Assembly: GCA_951406725.2 (NCBI GenBank)
Contig: OX597814.1
Coordinates: forward strand, 34,720,001 to 34,784,000
DNA from: Octopus vulgaris
Lineage: Eukaryota
Direction of reading: 5' to 3'
DNA length: 64,000 nucleotides
Below the pieces are notes generated by a model that saw only the letters and a program-made list of their open reading frames with translations, was not told the DNA's origin and made no database searches. A program made the position numbers and the translations under genes. The first letter of the stretch is position 1; the number at the start of each line of letters is the position of its first letter. Below are positions 14,731 through 29,610 of this stretch, piece after piece.

Positions 14731-15487
14731 TCTGCCAAAACTTCGTAGGGGATGGCAATTCTGGCTTGCGCCTTTAGCAATCTTATCAATTTAGCTGCCT
14801 CAGCTAGACACCTGTTTTTCTGAAGCAGATCCATACAAAAATAGTCTTTGCTTCTAGCTACTGTTGCAGCGAATGTATGTTGGTTCATATTGTCATTTAT
14901 TACGATGTTATTCGTTGCCGTGGTGGTGGAGTTGGTTGTGGTCGAGAAACTCACTATGTGCTGTCTTTTGTTTATCCGTGGTGTTGGTGGCGGAGTCGTC
15001 TATGTTTTTGATACTGCTGCTATGAACCGTCTTTTCAGTTGGAGTAATTCCACTGATTGGAGGGGATTTAGCTTTGTAGTGTGTGATGACGCTAAAGTTG
15101 TTGATACTATTATTTCTTGACAAGTCTGCAGTTTCGTGTGCGAGAATTTGAACTTGCTAAGTGCTTTCCTCCCCTTCTATATGTGGGTGATAAGCGGAGG
15201 GGCTATGGCATCTTGCACCTCTCTATCTGAAACACCTCTCTCCTTCTCTTCTATGTTCTCCAACAGGGCTGTTTCGCTATGTTTGTTTTCGTTTTAAATT
15301 AATTTTTGAAATAATTATTTTGAGATTATAGGCCCCAAAGGGGTCACTAAAACCACAAAACGACCCGCCTATGCAAAGGTGGTGCTTTAGGAAAACGTTT
15401 AGTAGCAAGATAACCAATTAACTTTTTGAAACAAAATTTCGGAGCAAAAAAATCCGAGCAGACAAACACGTGCATCCCGCCCAGACG
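14731..15487 (-). mobile_element. Possible second Tx1/L1-like 5' fragment (5'UTR plus Thr/Asn-rich ORF1 start)
   Basis: Similar composition, shared motif GACCCGCCTA (14459, 15362), broken ORFs 14908-15123 and 14721-14954 (KNRCL versus KNRHL in the neighbouring element). Confidence 0.4.
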
Positions 15488-15494
15488 AATAATA

Positions 15495-15708
15495 ATGATT
15501 TCAATTTTTTGCCACAAATGCAACTTAGGCGAGGGTATTAAGTCGATTACATCAATCCCAGTGTGTAACTGGTATTTATTTAATTAACCTCGAAATTATG
15601 AAAGGCAAAGTTGAGCTCGGCGGAATTTGAATTCAGAAGTAGCGGTAGACGAAATACTACTAAGCATTTCTCCCGGTGTGTTAATGATTCTGCCAGCTCG
15701 CCGCCCTG
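15495..15708 (-). mobile_element. Family-1 SINE between (AAT) tracts
   Basis: Head, B-box and core are present. Confidence 0.8.
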
Positions 15709-15802
<94 letters not shown>

Positions 15803-16029
15803 TGATGGCCATTCTTCCAACATTCACCCATCTTTCAACAAACTTGATAGAAGGCAACACTTCCCTCTCCACCCTTAACTTCCTTCTCAAGTGAAACTAG
15901 AAAAAGTTGATGCGGGCTTGGCCAAAGAGGAAAGTGTCTGTATCCATCCAGCGGGTCTTGAAATATCTTGTCCACGGACAAACAAACACGACTAAAGACA
16001 ATGCTTCCGCCTTAGCGAAGGTAATAATA

Positions 16030-16490
16030 ATAATCTTTTCTACTCTAGGCACAAGGCCCGACACTTCGGGAGAAGGGGGCCAGTCGATTAGATCGACCCC
16101 AGTACGTAAGTGGTACTTAATTTATCGATAAGGCGGCGAGCTGGCAGAAACATTAGCACGCCGGGCGAAATGCTTAGCGGTATTTCGTCTGCGTTACGTT
16201 GTGAGTTCAAATTCCGCCGAGGTCGACTTGCCTTTCATCCTTTCGGGGTCGATAAATTAAGTACCAGTTACGAACTGGGGTCGATGTAATCGACTTAATA
16301 CCTATGTCTGTCCTTTTTTGTTCCCTCTGTGTTTAGCCTCTTGTGAGTAATAAAGAAATAGGTACTTAATTTATCGACCCCGAAAGGATGAAAGGCGAAG
16401 TCGACCTCGGTAGAATTTTAACTCAGAACGTAAAGACAGACGAAATAAGCATTTCGTGAGGCATGCTAACGTTTCTGCCAGCTCGCCACC
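16030..16490. mobile_element. Minus-strand family-1 SINE containing a plus-strand family-1 SINE (16129-16360) with a 17-bp TSD
   Basis: GGTACTTAATTTATCGA at 16112-16128 and 16361-16377. Confidence 0.9.
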
Positions 16491-18323
16491 TTTGACAAAG
16501 GACAAATTACGTGAAACGTCAATGTCTCTGCGCTTTATTTACAGCCGCAATACATTGATACTTCCCCTCTCATTTTTGGCTTGGTTTTGTCCTCTGGCTT
16601 TATCTGTCACTGGTATTGAATTAATATGTTTGGCTGGCAAAAGGCATTATAGATGTGTTCGAAATTGAAGAAGAGAATGAACAAATTAAGAACCAGAGCA
16701 GCATATACAGAGCGAATGATAGGCAAAGATATAATTGGGAACTTCAGTGGAGAAATTAGAGATTATAGTGCCAAGAAAAGAGTCAGTAATTTTATTTAAC
16801 ACAATATAACATCCATTAATGAGATAAAAATATATGGCCTCACTTCAATAACTGAAACAACTTAAAAAGTAAAAGAGTATCGGCGAAATAAAATAACAAT
16901 CACTCTTTTGTACCGTGGCATAATGATAAATATTGTTGAGTATTCAATTATAAATAAATATTCTGGTTTTGATTCCAGCCAAAAAATAATTATATGTTCA
17001 AAGAATGAACTGTTTGAGACACAATTTAAGACAAAGGTTCACTCAAAGTTAACAGGGAAATTTATAATGTTTGTTAGCATCAACGAACTAAAGAAAAAAA
17101 AAAGCACATCTGTAATTTCCGCAATTTCATTTTCCCTACCTTATAAATTTGTCATCGTAATGCAATTTGTCTTCAGTCTCCTATGTCTGACTTCTTTATA
17201 ATTTTGTTTCATCGGGTAGTAAAAGAGTAATTAAAAAAGTATTTATGTACACTTAGTTTTATTTATCTGATGACGGCAGTGTACTTTTTCTCTTCATTTG
17301 AAATTCTGAAAACTTTTTTGAAACTTCACTGTAATCTTATTGTAGCACCGAGGCTTTCTTTTTAATATAATTTTCCTTCTCTTAATACACTTTATATTGA
17401 TTTATGATATTAGAATGAATTTAAAACGATAAGAATCGTCTTTAATTAGGAAAAACTAATTAATAAATCATGTAGGATACACACATTTGCAAAGTAAGAA
17501 AACGTTTTTTTTTTTCATTGACAAGTTTGATGACGAATCAATGAAATAACTACTTTCTGTTTAAGAACGAGAATTTCCAAAATAACATTTGGTCTGGCTC
17601 AATCATTTAAAAAAAATTCTCTCTAAATTCTATCTTTTAAAGAGAAAAATGCTGTAGAAATTAACATTTATTATTAACAATTTTTTCTTTAAGTTAACAT
17701 TTTAATACTTTATTTTTCTCCATTTATTTCCCACTATTTTAACCATTTCAGTAGAAATTCGGAACAATATGTTCATTCTCTTTGCCTGAAGAGATAAAGA
17801 ACATACAGTTCTAAAACGAAAAGTCAATAAAAAATTTATCATAGCTTAGCTACAACTTAGCAGTTAAAAGGAACATTATTTGTATTGAACTAAATCGGCT
17901 ACTTGTCCTAGGACCTGAAAAAAGGAAAAAGAAAAAGAAGATAAACACCGCAATGCAATAAATTATACGATACAGTCGCCAACAATATATCAATATTGAT
18001 GACAAATCTTATTATTTATTCTGAGAAGAAGGCTGCCGGTGGACATAAAATGTTTGACGTCATTTCTTCCGGCTGTTTACATTCTGAGTTAAAAATCCAA
18101 CCGTGGTTAGTTTTGCCTTTTGGGGTTGATAAAACAAAGTTTCAATATTGGGGACGATATAATCGACTAACCACACCCCTAAGATTGTTGGCCTTGTGAC
18201 AAAATTTGCAACGATTATGCATTTTGGACTCTTTCACGGTTATAACAACTCAACTGATGTTCTGACTGATATTCTGCGAATGATGAACAAATGCTTTCAG
18301 TTAATCATTATATATATATATAT

Positions 18324-18548
18324 GTGGAGGCGCAATGGCCCAGTGGTTTGGGCAGCGGACTCGCGGTCGCAGGATCGCGGTTTCAATTCCCAGACCGGGC
18401 GTTGTGAGTGTTTATTGAGCGAAAACATCTAAAAGCTCCACGACGCTCCGGCAGGGGGTGGTGATCCCTGCTGTACTCTTTCACCACTCTTTCTTCTGTT
18501 GGCCTGCTCGCTTAGCCAGCGGGGTTGCGTCATTCGAAGGCTAAAACA
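18324..18548 (+). mobile_element. tRNA(Arg-like)-headed SINE (family 3), 3'-shortened
   Basis: GGCGCAATGGCCCAGTGG A-box, GACTCGCGGTC anticodon-like arm, GTTTCAATTCCC B-box. Confidence 0.8.
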
Positions 18549-19393
18549 AAAAAAAAAAACAAAACAAAAGAACAATATATATATTTTTATTTTTCATTAA
18601 TCAGCTACAACTAACTATTTGAAAATCATTAACCAATTAAGAGATGCTATATATTTCTATTTTTATTAAATGACCTAAAGTTCCCTTTTATGAAATTTAT
18701 ATTTTAGTAGATAAAAACTCAACATTGTAATATGCGATCTTATATCAACTCAACTATACTTTTTACTTCTTCGACACAAGTTCATTTAAGGAGAAACGTG
18801 TTGTAAATGACTCACCTTAACTATAATCTTATAGATATTTCTTCGCGATACCAATGTGAATAATAAAGACGATTGCAGAACTGGAAAGTAATGAGAAATA
18901 TACAACTACCAATGTCTGTACATTAGATTTCAAATTCGCTTATCTAAATATAAAGAAACAATAATTTATAAAGAAAGAAAGGTATGTGTAGTATAAGAAA
19001 TACTGAACTCATATCATTAGTCAATCATTCTAATGTCCTTTTTATTATTACCAGTTAAACATTTGTTAACGGAAAAACTGAACTTTGCACTTTCCATATA
19101 TTATTGTTATTTTAAGTCGCGTTGTTTAGGTCATTCTTGAGACCCTTGTGAATATATGTGAAATGGCCCCGAATGAAAAACAAAAAAGATCGAATGTTCA
19201 TTTATTCACATATCTGTGTGGTGTGAAAGGGCGCAGACGGTTTAGTAATTAGAATTGTGTGAAGATTGTGGTCTACCCTAAAGCGTCTGTAATGCTATCT
19301 TGCGAAATTAATGGTATTTTTCCCTATAAATCTTTCCAAAACAAAAGTATCTTCGGTTACCTATACCATGATGATTTCCCATACATACATACA

Positions 19394-19427
<34 letters not shown>

Positions 19428-19482
19428 CATACATTCATCTCTATGTGTGTGTGCTGTATGTATGAGTGTATATATATATAAA

Positions 19483-19518
<36 letters not shown>

Positions 19519-21521
19519 TGTGTGTATGTATGTGGCAGAAATATATCGATTTAGTGGAGAGACGAATTCTTCATAACTAATATTATTCTTTCTACAGACA
19601 TTTCATCTGTTTTGCCAAGCAATGGCTCATTTATCTTTCCTTGGAATACTCTCTTAGCCTTGCAGCACTTTACCTTATGTTGAAACAATAGAATTATCTC
19701 ACGCTTTATAAAATAAGAAATAAACACATAGATAACTAGAAAATACCGAAATTACTTCGAAATTCGTTAGCAAAATGGCACTCAGAAAGCACACAAATAT
19801 TATCACCTCGTTATACAAAAACAATTCGGGGACACCAGGTCATTTTCCAATAATAAATTTCACCTCGATTATTACTCTTGTTCATTTTATCGATCCTATA
19901 ATATTTATTTCAAATATTTCTGGTGACGATGTGTCAGCTGGATGTCGATTGGACGTAATTTAAACGGAATAATTCAGGAAGAAATCTTGAAATGATGCAC
20001 GACAGAGTAGTTCCGTTCTCAATAATAGAAGGTAGCCGATCGGCAAGCGATTTAGAATCTTCGCATATAGGAATATCAATCTATTGTATATATTGACTGC
20101 AGAAAGAACTGAAATTATTACTCCGAGTTAATAAACTCTTGGTACCTATCGAGCATAGATTTTTCTTATAAATATAACATGTATATACACTTTATGCCTA
20201 TATACAAGATTTTAGACAGAACCAAGAGGAGGTTTTTAAAATGTATTTGCCATAATCAAAGAATATAATAGACCATGCGTTGATTTTTGACTCAAGACCT
20301 GTTATATTCTATGATGTGTTCTAGATGTTTAGTCAACGGAACTATTTACTCTTTGTTGTAGAGCATAAATGGTGGACTATTCTGTATATAAATGCACTTA
20401 AGATTATCTTCAAATAGATAAAGTATTACACAATACGTAAGAAAACCGGGCCTTCAAATAATAAAGTCCGCTAAGAAGCTAGTATAATTTCCGTATAACC
20501 AATTTCACTCACCTTATAAGCTTGAGTCAGTCTAAGTGGATGATTGAAATTACTTAGCAAAAACGATTCGATGTAGGATTTAACATTTTAACGCTAATTT
20601 CTTGCTTGCATCCATATTTATACAACGTTCCAGGGACAAAACATGAATTACCGAGTAGCGAAGTGAATCCCTTTAAAAACGATTGCTAACTCAAATATAA
20701 CGATTCTTAAAATGGATGTGAAAATTGAAAGTTTTAGAGAAGGGAAATGGGATATTACCAAATATATTTATAAAGGTAAATATATATAACGCTTATAATA
20801 TCATATACAAACTTTTTGCATTATTTCACTAAAAACCTATCACGCCTCCACCGATTTCAGAGGAAATGATTAATTTTCTTTCCATAATGGCTTACTTAGT
20901 AAAAGTGATGATAAAAACGGTCGGTTTAATTCATATATACTATGAGTACTTAAAATCTGCGACTAAATTTGAATAATATGGTATCTGTAAACATGTGTGA
21001 AAAAATTTCCGTAAAAGCTCATGACGGCTTCTTTGTAGATTCAACACTTCACAAAATTTTCTTTTCTCAGAACACTGTGTAAAACTTTGATAGACAAGAT
21101 TAAGTAAGTTTACTTATCATGAAATGCTAGTTTTGTAGTATTTCTTTCCGTTTTCGTGGCTTGTATTTTAAACTGTATTTTAATTTTTTTAACTGTAGTC
21201 CTCATACAAAATATTTTGTAGAAAACAAACATACAATACTGTCAAAGCAGATAAATATATGTTTACAGTAAATGTAAGTTTTTTTCCTTTTCTGTTTATC
21301 TAGTTATTGTGGATAGGTATGAGAATGTTAGAAGCGATAGAACTGTGAACAATAATGAGAAGAGTTATCTTATATTCTATTAATGATATGAACATCGAAA
21401 TTGAACACCGGACCTCACAATCCAATTAATGTTTCGTGATACATATCAGAATCGGTCTGAATGAGAAGCCAATAGTCTGATGAAACTAATTAGTTACTGC
21501 GAAGAAGTAAATATTACATAC

Positions 21522-21569
<48 letters not shown>

Positions 21570-21573
21570 ATAC

Positions 21574-21925
21574 ATAGAAGGTGCATTCCAGAAGGTTTGA
21601 GACTTTTTCAGGATAGACATTTATTAATTTCAAAGAAGTACAGATTTCTAATCTTCAAAGTAGGTTCATTTGACTTTAATGAACTTGTTTTAACACTCCA
21701 GCCACTTCATGGAGGCCCCACGGAAGTCCTCTATAATGAAAGCGTCAGGGACCCTTGTTACATACTCCTGAATCTTCAAAACGACTGAACCTGAGGTTCC
21801 CTTTCAGTTTGTGAAACAACCGAAAGTCACAGGAAGTAAGGTATGGATTGTAGGGAGGGTGAGGGACAGTTTTTATGCTCATCTCTGTCAAGTACTTTGT
21901 TTCCAGGATACTCGTTACTGAGCAC
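21574..21925 (-). pseudogene. Mariner transposase 3' relic with probable terminal repeat near 21574
   Basis: KYLTEMSIKTVPHPPYNPYLTSCDFRLFHKLKGNLR (HPPYSPDLAPxDF-like). Confidence 0.75.
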
Positions 21926-22896
21926 TCTGGAGACAAATTTTGCAGTTGTTCAAATAATTATGTGTATAGTTGTATGTTTATAGTCTTTATACACACACAA
22001 CAGTCTTCACCCAGAAAACAGCAAACCATCTCTGAGGTTCTAAAGCTCCTCTCCCTCACACATCTCTCATAATCTGTCACCTCCTGTGTACCGTCCTTGA
22101 ACGTCTCGTGTCAGCAAAACAAATAACACAGGTGGTATATATAAAGAAGTCTAAGCAAATAGATGTATGCAAATAACGGCTCATTTACAAGTCCAAATTT
22201 ACCACGGACACTGACAAACTATGGTTATTAAAATATGTTATAAGAACTAACCAAATATGTGAACCGTGTCTACCTATTTGTCTGTGTGTCATTATTATTT
22301 GAAAAGTTGACAGTCTGTAATGAGTTTTGCCACAAGCTGGTTGGTTCACATATACATATGCGCACATAAACACCCATGCACACACTCTCGCACAAATGCA
22401 CACACGCACACACACACATACACACGAAAACACACAAATACATACACATAGGTATATACATGCTTGTGTCTTGTGGCGGACTGGGTCTAAAAATATTGGT
22501 TGCCAGGAGACTAAGGAGGCCTACCCGCATCTACAATGCTATCTTATTTACATTATTTACATTATTTACATTTGACGGATATTTGTCCTATTTTTATTTG
22601 TTGTTGACACATGTCCTCATCTTGCTTGTTGTTAACACTGTCATCATCTTGTTTGTTGTTCATTTTTTTTTGTTTTGTTAAAAGTATTCTTTTCAATTCT
22701 CTACACACCCAGCTAGGCATTGTTCCAGGAGTGAAGAAAAAATTCTCAAACTTCTTGGCATTACACTTAGATATTAGATTAGATAAAACTTCTTAGATAT
22801 TAACATGGGCCCCCATATGTGGATTCTAAAGGCGCAGGGTCCCACTTGCCATCGGGTAAGCTGGCAACTTGGCCAGTCCGCCACTACATATGTATG

Positions 22897-22980
<84 letters not shown>

Positions 22981-23030
22981 CATGTGTGTGTGTGTGTGTG
23001 CGTGTGTGTGTGTATGTGTGTGTGTGTGTG

Positions 23031-23344
23031 TGGATGCACAATGGCCCAATGGTTAGGGCAGCGGACTCGCGGTCGTAGGATCGCAGTTTCGATTCCCAGA
23101 CTAGGTGTTGTGAGTGTTTATTGAGCGAAAACACCTAAAGCTCCACGTGGATCCGGCAGGGGTTGGCGGTGGTCCTTGCTGTACTTTTTCACCAAAACTT
23201 TCTCTCACTCTTTCTTCTGTTGGCCTGCTCGCTTAGCCAGCGGGGTGGCGTCATTGAAGGCTAAAACAATGCAATGCGAAGCGCATTGTGACAAGCGATG
23301 TGTAGCAACATCTGATGGCCCGGTCGGTCACGTGATCACGTGAT
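23031..23344 (+). mobile_element. Family-3 SINE, full length, between (TG)n and (TA)n
   Basis: Same head and body as 18324; ends in (TCACGTGA)2. Confidence 0.82.
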
Positions 23345-23837
23345 ATATATATATATATATATACGTCCTATAGTTTTCTTACTCTTACATCTTCCTCTCT
23401 ACCATATATAAAATGGCATCAACACATCCATGCCCCCTTTACGCTACAATAGATCATATAACAGAGAAAGATACACGTGCTATGTATAACGTTAAGTTGG
23501 CAAATCTTTGATGTAGTATTTGTACTCGAGTAAGTGAGTGTTATTCTTCTTTTTCATAATGTGTCAAGGAGGAAACTGCTATTCAGGTTGTGGTCATGTG
23601 GAAAATAACACATGGTTGCATAAAGGTTCGTAGAGTTCGTAGACAAAACAAACCAAAGTCAAACAATTCAATGAAAACGACCACAACGAAAAAAGCAATA
23701 GAATGAAATATTTCGTAATATCAACTGTAAAATTTGTAAAGTAACTCAACATATATGTACACATGAACATTTTCGGATATCCAGCAGTTTTATTGATTCA
23801 ATGATTGAATAATTGTATAAAGAAAATAAGATACATG

Positions 23838-24406
<569 letters not shown>

Positions 24407-24939
24407 TATATATTTGCGTAGACATGAGTACATATGTATTTTGTCAAACTTCTAAACATAGTGTTCCTCTTAAGAAATTTCTCATCTTTCCTGAACGTAC
24501 TTAAACATCCTTCATAAACATTTCTGGATTATACTTGTAACATCTTGTAAACACACACACACACACACATCACCACCACACGTTTAACCTTATAAAAGTT
24601 TCGAGATTTCACTTTTTGCAAATTGTATGCTTTGTTTGCTGCGCAGTCTGCGAATGTATAAGTTGAGAGCAAAAACATTCAATACTGTAGTTTATTGTAT
24701 TGCCATAACGACCGAACCTGTCACTTCTCTTGTAGTGATGCAGACAATATAATAATAGCAATGAAAATGAAAATAAAATACTAACATAGTAGAATAAAAT
24801 AAATAAAAAAAGAGGAAAGCTTCTACAACAGCAAAGACAATATGTGGAACAGTAGTAACAAATCAGATTTATTCTTCTTTATAAAAATAGATATAGAACA
24901 AACAAAAAAGAGAAAAAAAAAAGAAATGATACAACAGAC

Positions 24940-25142
24940 AAAGTAGTAATAACAACAATAACAAATAATAATAAAAGCAATAAAGTAAGAATCAAATGAA
25001 AAAAAAAAGAAAACGAAAGGAATAAATAAGACAATAGCAAAGAATATTCACAACTATACTAACAAGGAACGATACTAAGAGACACTGAAAAGAAGGAAAA
25101 AAACCAACGAACAGCATCAGCGATTTTAACAAATCCAACAAC

Positions 25143-25191
<49 letters not shown>

Positions 25192-25359
25192 ACAGTACTA
25201 GTAGTAGTAGTAGTAGCAATAGAAGTAGCAGCAGCAATAGAAGTAGTAGTAGTAATAGAAGTAGTAGTACTAGTAGTAGTAGTAGTAGTAGCAGCACCAA
25301 TTGTAGTTGTATTAGTAGTAGTGGTGGTGATGATACTACTACTATTGCTACTGCTGCTG

Positions 25360-25416
<57 letters not shown>

Positions 25417-26300
25417 GTTTTGTCTTAATAATTATGCCAGCTATTTTGGCAAGAATAACATGAGCAACAATAAAACATGGTTCCTAAGTGAACTAGCTAA
25501 ACTACACTTCAACAATGACTGTAGTAACATCCTCATCGTCTTTATCATCGTCATCATCATCATCGTTATCATCATCAGCGTCATCATCATCATCATCATC
25601 ATCATCATCACCATCGTCATTTGCATTATCATTATCAGTTGCATCAACAGCAGTTATAATGTTGCTGCCGCTAGCACAAACATTACCACTACCAATATAT
25701 CATCACCATCAGTGCCACCACCACCACCACCACTAACAACAACAACAACAACAACAACAATACAACGGTGAAAACAGCATAAAGATAAGAACAACAATAT
25801 CAACAACACTAATAGAAACACCAGCAACAAATACAGCACTATCACCACCATTATCAGAGTTATCGTCTTCTTCATAGCCAATGTCATCGACGTCGTTGTT
25901 GATGTTGTCGTCACCGCCCTTGTGTCATCGTCATCGCTGCCTTATCGTCATCATTGTCATCATCGTCGTCGTTGTCAAGATCATGATGATCATCATCACC
26001 ATCATTAAGAACAACAACAACAGCAACAGCAGAATGATAAAAATAAAAGCAATAGCTGAAGCAGCCAGAACTACCTGTAGCAAAGACAACCAGAAAACAA
26101 GCATCAAAGAAACACGACTTACAAATTTATAAAAAACTGCAACAACTACGACAGAAGCAACAGCAGCAGCAACAACAACAACAATAAAATACACAACATT
26201 AACAAGAGGTGTAGGAAGTGGAGAAGACGAAGTGAATGATGGTGATGATGATGATGAGATGAAGAAGAGCAACAATTGCAAAAACAAAAAAGAAACAGTA
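24940..26300. repeat. Compound trinucleotide low-complexity region (AGT, ACT, ATC, ACC, AAC)
   Basis: Seen directly. Confidence 0.9.
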
Positions 26301-27774
26301 ACAGCCGCAAGAACAGTGAAATATCGCATTGTCATGATAGAGGTATTGACAAAGAAAATAAATATAAGAAAAATACAAAGAAATTAAACAATAACCAAAA
26401 TTTTAATAAATTAAATCAATAGAAAAAAGCAAACAAACTGAAAAACGATGAAAAACGATGAATGAGACGAAAAAAAAAGCAAAGTAAATTAAAACAATAT
26501 TATGGTTTCTCAGACTTGCTAGCAATGTCTCTTTGCAACTGAAATAGTCTGGTTTAAAGAAAACAGAGAAGCTATGGAGTAATTTAATTATCAGAGTCAT
26601 TGGCAATCAAAAGTCATGCACTGACATACACATAGACATAGACAAATGTATGCAAGTATACTTGCACATATAAGATAATATTTATCCCCACTAAAGCGGC
26701 GAGCTGGCAGAAAGGTTAGCACGCAGGGATTTTCAAGCAAAAACACCTGTTCATACGAATTTTAGAGATACACTTTGTAAGGGAAACAATAAAATCATGC
26801 AAGACTTTCTTTTGTTGACAATTATCAATCATCTAAGTGCCAATGAAATTTTGTTTCTTCGTTAGAAACCAGCGTCCTCCAAGAAGGAATACTAATAAAT
26901 ATAAAGAAAAGGCATACATACGCAAAGACTTAGCATGAATATACTCCTGGATTGCGGAGTATCTTATTAATTGTTTTTTCCACAGCATTACTAACGACCA
27001 AAAGTCAAATTGCATCTATCAATTTGCATACGTAAATTGCTTGCATCATAAGAAGCCGGAAGAAGCTCTTCGGAAGGTATTTCTGGACCACTGTGACCAA
27101 GAAAGCATATCCAGGGAAGCTGCACAGCAATTGTGCAATAAAAAAGATGAAACGGTTTCTACTTATCAGCGCACGCAAAATGCTTGGTTATTTTCTCAGA
27201 AAGTTTCAGAATGAAGGCAACATAGTAAATGAAGAAGTGTATCTTGCTCCAACAGCTTGTGTGTTAGCTGTAGTGTAGTATTTTACAGTCCAAGTATAGA
27301 AAATGACATTAAATTCCTGGCTATCGCGACGGCAGCACCAGTTCGGGCACTGTTATTCTATACATCAGTGGCGAAGAGATGAGCCGCTGCTATTTCTAGC
27401 GGTCGAAGGTCCATCATTTACAAGACTAAGGAACGTTGAAATCATGTGATTTCGTGGTCTCGGCTCTGGAGGAGACGGGCATTTATCTCTCCGCTAGCGA
27501 TATAAACAAGGGTGAGTTTTGCACCAAAAGCCATTATGAGAGTTCCACCCATGGTTTCTCTCTACCGCAGTATAGTTTGTTCTAACAGAACATACACGTT
27601 TAAGTGGGTATAAATATTACCTCTCAGTACTAATACTACCTTTGTCGCTAATATATAGGGTGCGGTGAATATGTTGTCGTTTAAATATGCAAAAAAGAAA
27701 ATAACACTAACATCTCATTTTAACAAATATTTTTACCAAAATTACATTAAATTATCTTGAAATACTAAAGAGTA

Positions 27775-28275
27775 AAGTTATTCAATAATATTGCTATTGG
27801 CTTCAATCACGGCCTGCAGACGACTTCGGAATCAACTGCAACTCTTCTGGGCGGTCTCCTTGTTTAAGCTGGTGAATGTTGCCATAACCCTTGCCTTCAG
27901 TTCATCTTTGGTGTTACAAGGAGTTTTGTTGGTCTCTCGCTCGACTCAGCCTCATATATAATAATCAAGGGGGTTGCAGTCTGGGAGTTAGGTGGCCAGA
28001 TGTTAGGGGTGCTGTCGCAGAAATTGTCTGATAGCCATGAATGGGTTCTCCTGCATGTGTGGAATGGTGCAGAGTCCTTTTGCCAGATATAGGGTCTTCC
28101 AGCAGCCACCCTCTTGGCCCAGGGCAGCACTACCTCCTCCATGCATTTGATGTAGGTCTCCGTGTTGCGTCTGATGCCATGTGGAAAGATGAATGGGGGC
28201 ATAACGTCGCCATCACTTGTGGTCACTCCAAACACTATGATGTTGACTGGATGTTTGATTTTAATCACTCTCGGT
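27775..28275 (-). pseudogene. Tc1/mariner-superfamily transposase C-terminal relic, DD37D/maT-like
   Basis: KHPVNIIVFGVTTSDGDVMPPFIF..YIWQKDSAPFHT..WLSDNF..WPPNS, then a frameshift (ORF 27897-28268). Confidence 0.8.
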
Positions 28276-28349
28276 GAATGTCCTCAGATTGCACTAGCAT
28301 ATATACGCATGTATAGATATACGCTCACATATTTTCTTTTATCTTTTAG

Positions 28350-28404
28350 ACTGGAAGGCAGTCAATGCCCTTGATATTTATGAGAGCTTCCAAGACTGAA
28401 GGAG
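28350..28404 (+). other. Candidate 55-nt exon of an unidentified host gene
   Basis: TTTTCTTTTATCTTTTAG| acceptor and GAG|GTAAGT donor; one open frame (TGRQSMPLIFMRASKTEG). Confidence 0.22.
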
Positions 28405-28883
28405 GTAAGTAGGTATACTCAAACCGGAGCCCTGGCCAGAATGCTTGCATCAGAATAGACCCCTTTTCTGAAAGCGACCGGAATACTTAGTGGTGGTATT
28501 AAACCGGGCATCAGATTTAATCTACTACCCAAATAGGACACGATGGAATTTGAATTCAGAACGCAGAAACACAAGGCATTGCTTTCTACGTGTTAGCTGT
28601 TCTGCCGATTAACCATGCTGAATTAGTTCTTGTTTACTGACCCCGAAAAGATTAAAGGGACTGTCGACAAGAGCGGGATATGAACTTGGGACAAACAAAT
28701 ACCAACAAGCATTCTAGCCAATATTCTAACGATTCACAAATTCCATATAGTACATGCGCATAGAAGCATATACTTGACAGCAAAATTTCTCGAAGAAATA
28801 CACATTTATATCTATAAACACACACACATACAGGTATACATACTTACACATACACATATGAATACATATCAACAACACACATA

Positions 28884-28936
<53 letters not shown>

Positions 28937-29397
28937 TATTCACACATGCATAATATCTCACATACATTTGTGTGTTGGTTTCATAAAATTTTAAACAAAC
29001 CGACTGGCGCCAATCAATAGTATGCATCTAATGTATTGACAGAAATAGATGCTTTTCGGACTATATGCCTTGTGGTATTTCGTTTGGTGTCTCACAATAG
29101 AATTTAAACTGGCCAGGAGCTACTCATCATTTTCCCATCATCATAAAAAGTACAATCAATAATAACCAATAATATACATACAAAATACTCGTTATAAGTA
29201 TTGGCCTTGGAGCTAAAATACGAATCAATTATATGCTGGATTAGATATATTCAGGACAAATCTTCTTCCACGAAAACTATATTTGTACCTAAGTAATGAA
29301 CATTATTAGTGGAATGAAAGGTGAAAATGCTCACGGACGTCTGCGACCTGAAAACTTAAGTCCCTTGGTATTTTCGTCAGTAATAACAATGCTACTT

Positions 29398-29610
29398 TAA
29401 GGCAGTTAACTGGCAGAATAGAATCGTTAGCACGCCGGATGAAACGCTTAGCAACATTTCTTGCGGCTCTATGTACTAAGCTCAAATTCCGTCGAAGTCA
29501 TGTTTGCTCTTCACGTTTTCGTAGTCGATATCAGTTGAGCACTGGAGTCGATGTAACCGACAAGCCTTCTCCAAAATTTCACATCCTGTGCCTATTGTTG
29601 AACGCAATAT
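29398..29610 (+). mobile_element. Decayed family-1 SINE (other decayed copies at ~18030-18215 plus and ~28500-28720 minus)
   Basis: AAGGCAGTTAACTGGCAGAA..GTTAGCACGCCGG head and a degenerate core. Confidence 0.65.

Noticed and set aside
17263-17312. CTGATGA...GAAA as a hammerhead
   Set aside because: No stem II or stem III pairing could be found.
18324-18400. tRNA-Arg gene (also 23031 and 39110)
   Set aside because: No proper acceptor stem or terminator; the sequence continues into a repeated SINE body.
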